Below the pieces are notes generated by a model. It was not told the origin of the DNA. It saw only the letters and a program-made list of their open reading frames with translations, and made no database searches. From an uncultured bacterium (GTDB lineage: Bacteria; Fidelibacterota; Marinisomatia; Marinisomatales; UBA1611): a DNA stretch of 64,000 nt. Where the stretch lies: the NCBI GenBank assembly GCA_943788175.1, contig CALSPG010000001.1, forward strand, positions 96,001 through 160,000. The letters run 5' to 3'. This document shows positions 49,791 through 60,011 of this stretch, one piece after another. Within the stretch, counting starts at the first letter, position 1; every line of letters begins with the position of its first letter. Both the position numbers and the translations under genes were made by a program.

Positions 49791-49952
49791 TACAAATTGT
49801 TATCTTTATTAGTTATTTTTTATGACAAATTGTCTTATAATTAATTTTTTTACATTTTTAACATGACATTATTGCATTAAAGTGGCTAAAATGAATCTTC
49901 TGATTGCATTGTGGAGTCGAATAGTAGTTTGTAAATTATGTATATATAATTA

Positions 49953-51200
49953 ATGAAAGTTTACAAAGTGAATGAATTAGCAATTTTTGGTGGAAATCCT
50001 ATAAGAAAGGAATCTTTTCCTGTTTGGCCGCGAGTTACTCCTGAGATGAAAGATAGCCTAATCGATACTTTTGAAAACCAATCATGGGGTGTTGGCAGTG
50101 AAACTATAGATCTCTTCAATGCCGAGTTTGCAAAAATGCAAGATGCTAAATTCGCATTGTCAATTCATTCTGGGACATCTGCAATTTGGATATGCTTGAA
50201 AGCTGCTGGTATTGAAGCTGGTGATGAAGTCATTCTTCCATCATACACTTTTATCGCTACCGCTACAGCAGTGGTTTTAGCGAATGCTGTTCCTGTTTTC
50301 GCAGATATTGATTTAGAAACTGGAAACATAAATCCTGTTTCTGTTCAAAGTTTAATAACGAGTAAAACCAAGGCAATTATTCCAGTTCATACTGGGGGAT
50401 CTCCAGCTGACTTAGTTAGTCTTATTGATATATCTAAAAAACATAATATTCCAATAATTGAAGATGCTGCGCAGGCGCATGGATCTATGCTAAATGGTAA
50501 TAAAGTGGGTGCTATAGGTCTAGGCGGAATATTTAGTTTTCAAACGTCTAAAAATATGAGTGCTGGTGAGGGTGGGGCAATCGTTAGTAATGATGAGTCA
50601 TTTATTGATGCATGCTTTTCTTATCATAATTGCGGGCGAGTTAGAAATGGTAAATGGTATGAACATTATCGAATGGGAAGTAATTTACGGATGAGTGCTC
50701 TAAACGCTGCGATTCTATTACCACAAATAAAATCTATGGATCGAGATTTTCTGCTCAGAGAAAGAAGTCGTAAAATAATAGATGATGGCATTGATAATAT
50801 TGATGGGTTAGTGCCCTTAAAACAGATTCAAGGGACTAAATCATCGAACCATATTTATATAATTCGTTATCAAAAAGAAAAATTCCATAACATTTCAAGA
50901 GAAGTCTTTTTCAAAGCTATGCAAGCTGAAGGAGTATACACTTACAAGGGTTGGTCACCGCTATATAAAGAGCCATTGTTTTCTATAAATCCGAAGGAAT
51001 ACCCATGGTTAGAGAATATTGATTATAATAGTTTATTTCATGACAACACGGAAGTGTTCGCTCAAGAGCAAGCTGTCTGGTTGAGGCAAAATCATTTGAT
51101 TGGCACAGATAATGATTTAGAAGATATTATTAATGCTTTTGAAAAAGTGACCACTGAAATGCGTAAAAAACCAGATAGATTTAAAAATATTATTACATAA
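49953..51200 (+). CDS. DegT/DnrJ/EryC1/StrS family PLP aminotransferase
   Basis: SGTSA, GDEVILPSYTF.AT, IEDAAQAHG and FSFQTSKNMSAGEGG motifs. Confidence 0.93.
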   Translation: MKVYKVNELAIFGGNPIRKESFPVWPRVTPEMKDSLIDTFENQSWGVGSETIDLFNAEFAKMQDAKFALSIHSGTSAIWICLKAAGIEAGDEVILPSYTFIATATAVVLANAVPVFADIDLETGNINPVSVQSLITSKTKAIIPVHTGGSPADLVSLIDISKKHNIPIIEDAAQAHGSMLNGNKVGAIGLGGIFSFQTSKNMSAGEGGAIVSNDESFIDACFSYHNCGRVRNGKWYEHYRMGSNLRMSALNAAILLPQIKSMDRDFLLRERSRKIIDDGIDNIDGLVPLKQIQGTKSSNHIYIIRYQKEKFHNISREVFFKAMQAEGVYTYKGWSPLYKEPLFSINPKEYPWLENIDYNSLFHDNTEVFAQEQAVWLRQNHLIGTDNDLEDIINAFEKVTTEMRKKPDRFKNIIT

Positions 51201-51212
51201 AAGGATTAAAGA

Positions 51213-52655
51213 ATGAGAGATGAAATTAATTTAAAATCATTATTAGACGCTGTTAATGTTCCTGCAGATTGGGTGGGGATTAGGGAAGTGTATGAATCAA
51301 ATACTCCTAGAATGATTAGGGATGGTATTCCAGTCTCAAATGGACATTATTCTACTCATGGTATAATGGTAGAAGTCCTTGTTAATGGTCAATTTGGTTA
51401 TTTCGGTACGCCTGACCTTAGTAAGAAAGGAATTGAAGAGGCTTCAAACAAAGCATATTTCCAAGCGGAAGCTGCTTCAAAATATGCTTTACATCGATTT
51501 ACAGATGATGTAAGGCCGAAAAGTGTTGGTAAATATTCATCTGAATTTGAAAAAGACCTTAGAGATATTAGTGCTAAAGATATAAATATTATGTTGCTTG
51601 ACGCATGTAATGCCTTAAAAGTATCTGAGAAAATAGTTAGTGCTAGTGCACTTGCAAATGTAATTGAAAGTAACTTTCATTTTGTAAGTTCAAATGGTAG
51701 TGACGTTGTTCAAGATTTTTTAATGTTAGAATTTGACCTATCGGCTACTGCAGTAGATGGTGCAAATCAACAAACTCGCACTTTTGGAGGTATGAGAGGA
51801 ACTTGTCGACAAACAGGGAAAGAATTTTTAGATAATATTGAAATATTAGCTCAGGCTAATAAGATAGGAAATCAGGCTATTGAGTTGCTATCAGCAGACG
51901 AAACACCTTCTGGAGAAATGGACATTGTCATTGCGCCAGACCAAATGATGCTCCAAATACATGAAAGTATTGGCCATGCATTAGAAGTAGATAGAATTTT
52001 AGGTGATGAAAGAAATTATGCTGGTTGGAGCTTTGTTAAACTTGAAGATTTTGGAAAAATGCAATATGGTTCTAAGCATATGAATATAACATTTGACCCA
52101 ACGGTATCTTCTGAATTTGCATCATATGCATTTGATGATGGAGGCCTAAAAGCTGAAAGGGAATATTTAATTAAGGATGGTTTACTTGTTAGGGGTCTTG
52201 GAGGAAAAGAGAGTCAGGTTCGGTCAGGTTTAGAAGGAGTCGCTAATTTTCGTGCTAGCTCTTGGAATAGAGCACCTATAGATCGAATGGCAAACATAAA
52301 CCTAGAGCCAGGAGAGTCATCTTTTGATGAAATAATTGGCAGTGTCGAAAAAGGAATTTATGTAGAAAGTAATCGATCGTGGAGTATTGATGATTACAGA
52401 AATAAATTTCAATTTGGTTGCGAGTATGGTAAGCTGATTGAGAACGGGAAGCTGACAAAAACGATAAAAAACCCTAATTACAGAGGAATAAGTAATCCAT
52501 TCTGGAATAGTTTAAAGATGGTAGGTAATGGTGATACATATGGTATATATGGCACTCCTAATTGTGGTAAGGGTGAACCTAATCAAGTTATTAGAGTTGG
52601 ACATGCATCACCTTTATGTTTGTTCGAAAATATACAAGTATTTGGAGGTGCTTAA
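51213..52655 (+). CDS. tldD: TldD family metalloprotease subunit
   Basis: HESIGHALE, FDDGG, RMANINLEPG and CGKGEPNQ motifs. Confidence 0.92.
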   Translation: MRDEINLKSLLDAVNVPADWVGIREVYESNTPRMIRDGIPVSNGHYSTHGIMVEVLVNGQFGYFGTPDLSKKGIEEASNKAYFQAEAASKYALHRFTDDVRPKSVGKYSSEFEKDLRDISAKDINIMLLDACNALKVSEKIVSASALANVIESNFHFVSSNGSDVVQDFLMLEFDLSATAVDGANQQTRTFGGMRGTCRQTGKEFLDNIEILAQANKIGNQAIELLSADETPSGEMDIVIAPDQMMLQIHESIGHALEVDRILGDERNYAGWSFVKLEDFGKMQYGSKHMNITFDPTVSSEFASYAFDDGGLKAEREYLIKDGLLVRGLGGKESQVRSGLEGVANFRASSWNRAPIDRMANINLEPGESSFDEIIGSVEKGIYVESNRSWSIDDYRNKFQFGCEYGKLIENGKLTKTIKNPNYRGISNPFWNSLKMVGNGDTYGIYGTPNCGKGEPNQVIRVGHASPLCLFENIQVFGGA

Positions 52656-52657
52656 GG

Positions 52658-53980
52658 ATGGAAAATCAATTTAAAACAATATCAAAAACTCTATTTTCTT
52701 TAATTAACAAAGATGAAGTGCTAACGGTCTCTTTTACTGGAGAGGAAAGTCAATTTATCAGATTGAATAATGCTAAAATTAGACAAACAGGGTTGGTGAA
52801 TGATGCAGATATTAATTTAAAAATGATATCAAATGGCACTACTTGTACGGGAAGTTTTACTTTATCAGGAAATGATAGTTTTGACTTACGTCGAGCAAAA
52901 TCAGAAATCGAAAGAATGCGTATTGAGGTGAGTCAGATTCTAAAGGATCCATACGTAACTATGCCTTCAGAACTAGGCTCGAGTCATGAAACCAAACACT
53001 CAAATGGACTTAGCTTTGAAAATGCGGTAGATGCAATTATGCCTTGTGTTCAAGGGGTAGACTTCGTTGGTATCTTATCTAATGGAAGGATGTATAGAGG
53101 AAATGCGAATTCTCTGGGTCAAGAACATTGGTTTGAAACTGAATCTTTTAGTCTCGATTTTTCGCTAGTTGCAAAAAACCATCAAATGGTCAAAGGCACT
53201 TTTGCTGGAACAGATTGGAACCAGAATAATTTTGAATTGTATCTAGATCAATCAAAAAAGAAATTAAAAATGATGGAACTAAAACCTGTAAAGATAGATA
53301 CAGGTAATTATAAAGCCTGGTTCGAGCCTGCTGCTGTTTCTGATTTTATTAACATGTTTTCTTGGAATGGTATTAGTGAGGCAAGTATTCAGCAAGGCTG
53401 TAGCGGTTTTGGTAGAATGAGAAATGAAAATATTAAATTATCTTCAAAATTTTCGATTTCAGAAGATTTCTCTCTGGGCTTGGTCCCTAAATTTAACTCA
53501 AATGGAGAAGTGTCAGTTGATAAGGTACCAATTATTAGCTCTGGAGAACTTAAGAACACGCTAGTGAGTTCAAGAACGGCCTCAGAATATGGTCAGGTTA
53601 GTAATCATGCAGAGCCTGGAGAACATTTAAGATCTCCCTCAATGGCGCCTGGGGAATTAAATCGTAATGATATTTTAAAAGAAATTGATAAAGGTTTGTA
53701 TCTATCAAATATTCATTACTTAAACTGGAGCGACAATTCAAAAGGCAGAATCACAGGATTGACTAGGTATGCTTGTTTTTGGGTCGAAAGTGGTGAAATT
53801 GTTGGTCCAATTAATACAATGAGATTTGATGATTCCTTCTATAATTATTTTGGTGATAGTTTAGTACAGGTTGGAAAAGAAACAGAATTCATTCCTAGTA
53901 CAAGTACCTACGGAAACAGAGAAATGGGAGGGACTACATGCCCAGGTATTTTAGCTGATTCTTTTGCACTTACTCTTTAA
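52658..53980 (+). CDS. TldE/PmbA family subunit
   Basis: Follows tldD, has a PmbA/TldD-type C-terminus (TGLTRYACFWVESGEIV.PI..MRFDDS) and no HExxxH motif. Confidence 0.85.
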   Translation: MENQFKTISKTLFSLINKDEVLTVSFTGEESQFIRLNNAKIRQTGLVNDADINLKMISNGTTCTGSFTLSGNDSFDLRRAKSEIERMRIEVSQILKDPYVTMPSELGSSHETKHSNGLSFENAVDAIMPCVQGVDFVGILSNGRMYRGNANSLGQEHWFETESFSLDFSLVAKNHQMVKGTFAGTDWNQNNFELYLDQSKKKLKMMELKPVKIDTGNYKAWFEPAAVSDFINMFSWNGISEASIQQGCSGFGRMRNENIKLSSKFSISEDFSLGLVPKFNSNGEVSVDKVPIISSGELKNTLVSSRTASEYGQVSNHAEPGEHLRSPSMAPGELNRNDILKEIDKGLYLSNIHYLNWSDNSKGRITGLTRYACFWVESGEIVGPINTMRFDDSFYNYFGDSLVQVGKETEFIPSTSTYGNREMGGTTCPGILADSFALTL

Positions 53981-53982
53981 TA

Positions 53983-55083
53983 ATGGTTATGATTTTTGAT
54001 TTAATTTATTTTTTTTTAGGATTTGCTGTCGGGGGATCTATTGTTTGGTATCTACGACAAAAAGAGCTTGATGCTACAAAGCAAAATCAGGATGAATTGA
54101 AAAAAAGTTTTAGTGACTTATCAAATGAGGTCTTAATTGATAGTCAAAAGATTTTCCTAGATCTAGCAGAATCAAGGTTTTCATCATTATTAGACAGCTC
54201 CGGGAATCAGTTAGATAAGAAAAAAGAACTTATTGATACAAGCCTTAAAGAAATGAAAGAAAGATTAAACAGCCTTTCCGAAAATACGGTTGCGCTTAAA
54301 TCGCAAATGGAAGAATCTCGTAAGACTGTAGGTGATCTTTCAGATACTACATCTAGGCTACGTCAAATATTGTCTAGTTCCCAAGCCAGAGGCCAATGGG
54401 GGGAAAGAATGGTTGAGGATATATTAAACTTTATTGGACTCAAAGAAGGTATTAATTTCAAGCAACAGTCGCAAACGGGTAACAATAGGCCAGACTTTAC
54501 TTTTTTTTTACCAGATAAAAAAATTATTAATATGGACGTCAAATTTCCACTGTCTCATTATGAAAAGTATATCAAAGTTGATAGTGATTCTGAAAAAGAA
54601 TTAGAGAAAAAAGCTTTTTTAAAAGACGTTAGGAATAGAATTAAAGAGGTTTCTGATCGATCTTATATTGATCCGGAAGGTGGAACTGTTGATTACGTTT
54701 TATTATTTATACCAAATGAAAGTATTTATTCTTTTTTAAATCAAGAAGATGATTCTTTAATTGATTTTTCTTTAGAAAGAAAAATCATCCTATGCTCTCC
54801 GATAACGCTTTATGCTATACTTTCCTTGGTTCGTCAAGCGGTGTCAAATTTTGCTATGGAACAAAAAGCGGGGGAGATGCAAGTGTTGGTTGGTGTCTTT
54901 AGAAAACAGTGGGAGCAGTACAAATCAAAAATTAATGCAATGAGTAATTCACTGAGTGCTCTAACAAACCATTACGAAGAACTTAGAGGCCCTCGATTAA
55001 GGGGGCTTGAAAAACCAATGGATAAGATATCTGAATTGCAATTAGGCAATAACAATCAACTATTGAAAAAAGAAGACACTTAG
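53983..55083 (+). CDS. rmuC: DNA recombination protein RmuC
   Basis: N-terminal TM helix, coiled coil, and RGQWGE, RPDF, DVKFP and LFIPNE motifs. Confidence 0.93.
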   Translation: MVMIFDLIYFFLGFAVGGSIVWYLRQKELDATKQNQDELKKSFSDLSNEVLIDSQKIFLDLAESRFSSLLDSSGNQLDKKKELIDTSLKEMKERLNSLSENTVALKSQMEESRKTVGDLSDTTSRLRQILSSSQARGQWGERMVEDILNFIGLKEGINFKQQSQTGNNRPDFTFFLPDKKIINMDVKFPLSHYEKYIKVDSDSEKELEKKAFLKDVRNRIKEVSDRSYIDPEGGTVDYVLLFIPNESIYSFLNQEDDSLIDFSLERKIILCSPITLYAILSLVRQAVSNFAMEQKAGEMQVLVGVFRKQWEQYKSKINAMSNSLSALTNHYEELRGPRLRGLEKPMDKISELQLGNNNQLLKKEDT

Positions 55084-55084
55084 T

Positions 55085-55510
55085 ATGAAATTGAATATTT
55101 CTATATATTTTATCATTATATTGCTTGGCGGTTGCGTAGAGCCACCAGATTATGATGATGGACTTCTTGAAAATATTCCAGCCATTATTAATGCCGACGA
55201 TTATTTTTCTTTGAGTTTATATGCGGAAAACCACACCAAAAATTATAATTGGAATTTAGGTTTTAGTTCAACTGTCGAAGACACTCTTCTTACTTCCCTA
55301 ATTATTAAAAACTACTTAGGGTCAGCTGCAGATTCATCAACTTTAATTCTTTATAACACTAATGAAGCAGAAATTTTTAATATTTTGTTAAATGGAGAGA
55401 CCACTTCAATTAGTGAAATATCTATGGAGTACATAGGTAATCCTCATAGATTAGAACTTATTTCTAATAAATTAAATTGTTCGCTTGAATTACAGCTTAT
55501 AAGGCAATAA
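55085..55510 (+). CDS. Hypothetical lipoprotein
   Basis: Lipobox LGGC. Confidence 0.6.
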   Translation: MKLNISIYFIIILLGGCVEPPDYDDGLLENIPAIINADDYFSLSLYAENHTKNYNWNLGFSSTVEDTLLTSLIIKNYLGSAADSSTLILYNTNEAEIFNILLNGETTSISEISMEYIGNPHRLELISNKLNCSLELQLIRQ

Positions 55511-55514
55511 TTGT

Positions 55515-58490
55515 TTAATCTTCCCAAACGGGACAGGCTAAGTATTTATAATCGCACCAATTACAATGGTTCCCTTTTTTTGGATTAAAATCTTTTTTTC
55601 GTATACCTTTCGATACTTCTATTATTTTTTGTTCTGTATCACGTAATTCATCAATAGAAAAAGCATGTTCTTTTATTGGGTCTTCAAAATCTCTCAAAAA
55701 GTAAAGTTTTGATATTTCAGGTATCCCTCTTAGAACTAAATCTTCTGTTTGCTCCAAAAATAAGGAATAGATTGCTAGCTGTAGACTAGTTTTTGCTTTG
55801 GTTGAAGATTTACTTGTTTTGTAATCCGTAATAACTATTCCATCCTCTTTATCAAGCCTATCAATAGTACCAGCTATGGTAATGTCATTTAATTGAAAGG
55901 TAAAGTTTAGCTCAGTAGCAATTACATTTGGAGGAGACTTGCTAATATTTTTTACATAATGAGTTAACATTTCAATACCCTGAGTTTTGAATTTTTCCTC
56001 TCTGATTTTATATTCAAACATCCCACTTTGCCATTCTTCATTTAACAGTCTAAGAGCTCGCTGCTCATTAAGATTTTTATCCTTTTCATGAAAGCGCTGT
56101 AATACTTTGTGAATAATATTACCAAAAACTAATTCTGGTTTACTTGAAGTTTGTGGAATTTTATCAATTTTGGACATTCTATATTTTAATGGGCATGCTA
56201 AATATGTCTCTATAGCGCTGGCTGATAAACTTATTTGATTAGGAATTTCAGGTGTGAATGTAGTTTTTAAATCACTCTTTAGCTGTTGATGTAATTCTGA
56301 GTTGTCTAAAACATAGTTTTCATTATTTTCGTATTTGTCGATAATCGATAAAATATTAGCAAGTTCTTTGATGATAGCGTATTGGTTTTCAGATAATGCA
56401 TCCTGCATCATTTTGGAATACTTTATTTTCAACTCTGAACGTAAAATATGTTTGTCTTCTTGATTATTCGTTGTTTTTTTATCCATTATTTCTTCGGGTA
56501 GTTCCTTTACAAATTTAGATGTGGCCTTTGTTGGAGCGAGAATATACAGCAAGTTTTTAGCTCTAGTGATAGCAACATAAAACAATCTTCGTTCTTCTTG
56601 ATAATGGTGTTCTTTAGGCGATAAATCTGTATAATTTTCATAATTTAGTAATATATCAGGTGGGTTTTTTATTTTCTTTTCTGATTTAAAATTTAGCGGA
56701 AAACTAGCAGATCGTTGAAATGGTAAGAATACTATTTCAAATTCACCACCTTTGACACCGTGTACTGTATTAATAGTAACGGCATCATAGTCTTTATTAA
56801 TTGCTGGCTCTAAGGATGGTAGGCCACCAGAGGTCATTATATCTTCAAGGAATCTATTAAACCTGAATATATTATCATTTTTCTTATTATTGGTATTGTT
56901 TGAGAATTTTTGAGCATTAGATATAATAGAGCTGATATTTAATATTTCATATTGATCTTGGAGTAAATATCTTCGAGATTTATTCTTTAGAATTTTTAAT
57001 TTTTCACATAATTCCCAAACAATTTCTCCAGCGGATCTTTTATGAGCTATCCTTTTAAAATATTCGATTATTAAAGTGATTTCATTAATGAATTTTGAAG
57101 CTTTATCAGTTTTTATAGTCTCGCTATTTAATCCTGATTTATTTTCTTCCCAAGATTTATTAAAAAAAATATGAGCGTTTTCATACCCACTTTTATTTTT
57201 TAATATTCTAAATAGAGCAATCTCATAATATTTACCTTTTGCTATTAGTTGAATCCATGCAAGCAAGTCCTTAACTTGAGCAATATTAAATAAGTTTCTT
57301 TTCGATGAACGATTTGGAATTCCTAAAGAGTTTAAGTGGTCAATAATTTGGATTGACTGCTGATGAGTTCTGCATAGGATTGCCATTTCTTTGTACGGAA
57401 AGTCTTTTTTTAATTGGTTAATTTTATCAGAAATGAATGTTATTTGATCATTTTTCTCGCCGTTAAAAAGGACTGGTTTTATTTCACTTAATGTAGAATT
57501 TGACCAAAGTGATTTTTCTTTTCTCTCTTTATTGTTTTTAATAGAGTGGTTAGCTAAATCTAGAATAGGCTGAGATGATCTATAATTCGTTTCTAGAGTA
57601 ATCGTTTTATATTGATTATTCGATTTATAAGTATTTTCAAATGTCGATATATTGAATGCATTTGCTCCTCTAAAACTGTATATCACTTGATCATCATCAC
57701 CAACAACTGTAATTGATTCATTTTTTCCTGATATGAGTCTAGCTATTTCATTTAATGCATAGTTATTATCTTGAAACTCATCAATAATGATGTGTTTAAA
57801 CTTGTTTCTGACATCATTAAGCACTGCTTTGTCATTTTTTAAAGAGTTGTAAGCATCTTTTATCATGTCATTATAGTCAATAAAATTGTTTTCTTTTTTC
57901 CATTTTTGAAAAATGGGATAAATACGTAATAGGTCTTTTAGTTGAAAGAACAATTCTTGATTATTTTCATAAAATTTTTCAAGATTTTCATAATCAATTG
58001 TCTTTATATCTATTAATTCATCTCTTATTCTATTAAAAAAAGGTATAAAACTTTCAATAACAGCAGCTTTTGGGTTAAGAGAAAACTCATCAGATAACAG
58101 AGGATAAAAATCATCATAACGCTCAAGTAACATGTGGACAGCTTCACTCTGATCTATAAGGATAGAAGCGGTAGCGTTATTTCTAAAAAAATCTTTCATT
58201 AGTTTATAACAGAATGAATGAAACGTTCCAATAAACATGGGATGGACTTTTTGTCCTACTTTGTTAAGAAGTCTGAATTTTAATTCATTGGCTGCTTTTT
58301 CTGTGTACGTAATTGTAAGAATATTTTTTGGATCAACATTGTATTTTTGAATCATATATACAATTCGATTTTCTAAGGTGAATGTTTTTCCAGTGCCAGC
58401 TCCTGCAATTATCATCAGAGGTGCAAGAGGATGTTTTATAGCCTCGAGTTGTTTTGGATTTGCAATTTCTAATATTTTATTTAAATGCAT
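55515..58490 (-). CDS. UvrD/PcrA-type SF1 helicase fused to a C-terminal PD-(D/E)XK nuclease with an Fe-S staple (AdnB/AddA-like)
   Basis: AGAGTGKT, DEFQD, VGDDDQ.IYSFRGA, NYRS and EERRLFYVAITRA motifs. Nuclease: SASAI.TY.ACP, GTIDR, DYKT, QLAIY and CNWCDYKYLAC. Confidence 0.92.
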   Translation of the reverse strand: MHLNKILEIANPKQLEAIKHPLAPLMIIAGAGTGKTFTLENRIVYMIQKYNVDPKNILTITYTEKAANELKFRLLNKVGQKVHPMFIGTFHSFCYKLMKDFFRNNATASILIDQSEAVHMLLERYDDFYPLLSDEFSLNPKAAVIESFIPFFNRIRDELIDIKTIDYENLEKFYENNQELFFQLKDLLRIYPIFQKWKKENNFIDYNDMIKDAYNSLKNDKAVLNDVRNKFKHIIIDEFQDNNYALNEIARLISGKNESITVVGDDDQVIYSFRGANAFNISTFENTYKSNNQYKTITLETNYRSSQPILDLANHSIKNNKERKEKSLWSNSTLSEIKPVLFNGEKNDQITFISDKINQLKKDFPYKEMAILCRTHQQSIQIIDHLNSLGIPNRSSKRNLFNIAQVKDLLAWIQLIAKGKYYEIALFRILKNKSGYENAHIFFNKSWEENKSGLNSETIKTDKASKFINEITLIIEYFKRIAHKRSAGEIVWELCEKLKILKNKSRRYLLQDQYEILNISSIISNAQKFSNNTNNKKNDNIFRFNRFLEDIMTSGGLPSLEPAINKDYDAVTINTVHGVKGGEFEIVFLPFQRSASFPLNFKSEKKIKNPPDILLNYENYTDLSPKEHHYQEERRLFYVAITRAKNLLYILAPTKATSKFVKELPEEIMDKKTTNNQEDKHILRSELKIKYSKMMQDALSENQYAIIKELANILSIIDKYENNENYVLDNSELHQQLKSDLKTTFTPEIPNQISLSASAIETYLACPLKYRMSKIDKIPQTSSKPELVFGNIIHKVLQRFHEKDKNLNEQRALRLLNEEWQSGMFEYKIREEKFKTQGIEMLTHYVKNISKSPPNVIATELNFTFQLNDITIAGTIDRLDKEDGIVITDYKTSKSSTKAKTSLQLAIYSLFLEQTEDLVLRGIPEISKLYFLRDFEDPIKEHAFSIDELRDTEQKIIEVSKGIRKKDFNPKKGNHCNWCDYKYLACPVWED

Positions 58491-58553
58491 ATCGAAAAAT
58501 ATGAATTAATTTTTTAACCTTTTCTAACTTTATAGGTCTAATTAAATAATGAT

Positions 58554-59078
58554 ATGCTTAGTGATAACGAATTAATTGAAAAATTTCAAAATGGTGATGA
58601 CAAAGCATTCAATAAACTTATTCAAAATAATTTAAATAATGTATTCGGTTTTTTTATGAAAATTACAAGAGATGAAATGGCAGCAGAAGATTTAGCACAG
58701 GATGTTTTTATGAAATTATATAAAAATCTTAAAAAATTTAGACATGATTCAAATTTTTCCACATACCTATACAGAATTAACACCAATACCGCAAATTCAT
58801 GGATTACAAGAAATAAATGGAAGAACTTATTACATCTAGACCAAGCACCAGACAGAGGTGAGTATGATCAAGTAAATGAAGCTGAGTGGGAGCGAAAGGA
58901 ACTTTGGGAGTCTATTTCTAAGTTGCCAAAAAAGCAAAGAAAGGTCGTTATCTTAAGGCTAACTAATTCGTTGTCTTTCCGTGAAATATCAAATATTACC
59001 GGCATGAAAGAAGGGACAGCTAAAGTTAACTTTCATCATGCGTTAAAAAAGTTAAAAGAGGATCTGATCGATGAATAG
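58554..59078 (+). CDS. ECF RNA polymerase sigma factor
   Basis: SDNELI...GDDKAF, AEDLAQDVF, FSTYLYRI and LP..QR...LSFREI motifs. Confidence 0.93.
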   Translation: MLSDNELIEKFQNGDDKAFNKLIQNNLNNVFGFFMKITRDEMAAEDLAQDVFMKLYKNLKKFRHDSNFSTYLYRINTNTANSWITRNKWKNLLHLDQAPDRGEYDQVNEAEWERKELWESISKLPKKQRKVVILRLTNSLSFREISNITGMKEGTAKVNFHHALKKLKEDLIDE

Positions 59079-59463
59079 TCTTGAAAAAAAACTTTCAAAA
59101 TTATCTAGTTTTAAAATAAATAAAATAGATTCATCAAATTTTATATCATCATTAAGAAATAGACAAAGAATTGAGTCATTAAGAAAAAAAAGATTTCAGT
59201 CCGGAATTAGAGGGTTGGCTTTTGTGACTCTAATTTCGTTCATTACTTCACTTCAATTAGATGACACTAATTATCATTATGATAACTTTAATATTGTTTC
59301 CTATTATCAAGACTTCGATAATGAGATTTTTAATATTAACGATATTCTTGTTGAGGTAGATGAAATTGATTTCGGACTGTTTCTTATTGAAGAAACAGTT
59401 GATATTGGCATTAGTGAATTGATTTATTACAATAGTTTTTTAATTGAAGATGTAGAAGGGTAA
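59071..59463 (+). CDS. Putative anti-sigma factor (single TM)
   Basis: Overlaps the sigma factor stop. Basic N-terminus, one TM helix and an acidic C-terminus. Confidence 0.55.
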   Translation: MNSLEKKLSKLSSFKINKIDSSNFISSLRNRQRIESLRKKRFQSGIRGLAFVTLISFITSLQLDDTNYHYDNFNIVSYYQDFDNEIFNINDILVEVDEIDFGLFLIEETVDIGISELIYYNSFLIEDVEG

Positions 59464-59471
59464 ATGGCTTT

Positions 59472-60011
59472 ATGAAAATAGTATTTTTAATTTTAGTATT
59501 TGGTCTAGCAAAAGACACCTACTCGCAACGGGCAGAGGTTGCTGAGACTGAACTTGACTCTGCCTTTAATCTAGATAATAGAAAAGAGATGGAGTCTATG
59601 ATGATATGGAAGTTGACTAGCGAGCTTGACTTAGAGGTCGAGCAAGCAGAAAAGTTTTTTCCTAGATTTCGAAAGCATCGAAAAGAGATAGAGACTTTAA
59701 GAAAAAAAGACCGTTTATTGGCAAAGTCAATTAAACTAAGCATTTCTCAAAATAAAAAACTGATGCAATCTGAAGTTGTAAAAATGATTAAAGAATCTTC
59801 TTCTTTTAGGAAAAAAATGGCTGATAAGGAAGAAGACTTTTTAATAAAATCTGGAGATATACTTAATCCCAAGCAACAGGCTAAACTTGGAATTTTTAAA
59901 CATAAAATGTTGCGCGAGCTAAAAGGCGGTATAAATAAAAAACGCTCTCGAGGTGGTAAAAGAAAATTTGGTAATGAAAGAAAAAATAATAAAAGAGGAT
60001 TTTGGAAATAA
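59472..60011 (+). CDS. Spy/CpxP-like helical periplasmic protein
   Basis: Signal peptide, LTSELDLEVEQAEKF and ILNPKQQAKL (LTxxQ-like) motifs. Confidence 0.6.
   Translation: MKIVFLILVFGLAKDTYSQRAEVAETELDSAFNLDNRKEMESMMIWKLTSELDLEVEQAEKFFPRFRKHRKEIETLRKKDRLLAKSIKLSISQNKKLMQSEVVKMIKESSSFRKKMADKEEDFLIKSGDILNPKQQAKLGIFKHKMLRELKGGINKKRSRGGKRKFGNERKNNKRGFWK

Noticed and set aside
49731-49952. CIRCE/HrcA operator upstream of hsp20
   Set aside because: There is no TTAGCACTC-N9-GAGTGCTAA match; a sigma-54 element fits instead.
57800-58490. The helicase-nuclease as a Cas4/CRISPR or anti-phage defence gene
   Set aside because: No CRISPR array, cas genes or defence partners were seen nearby, and the architecture fits DNA repair.
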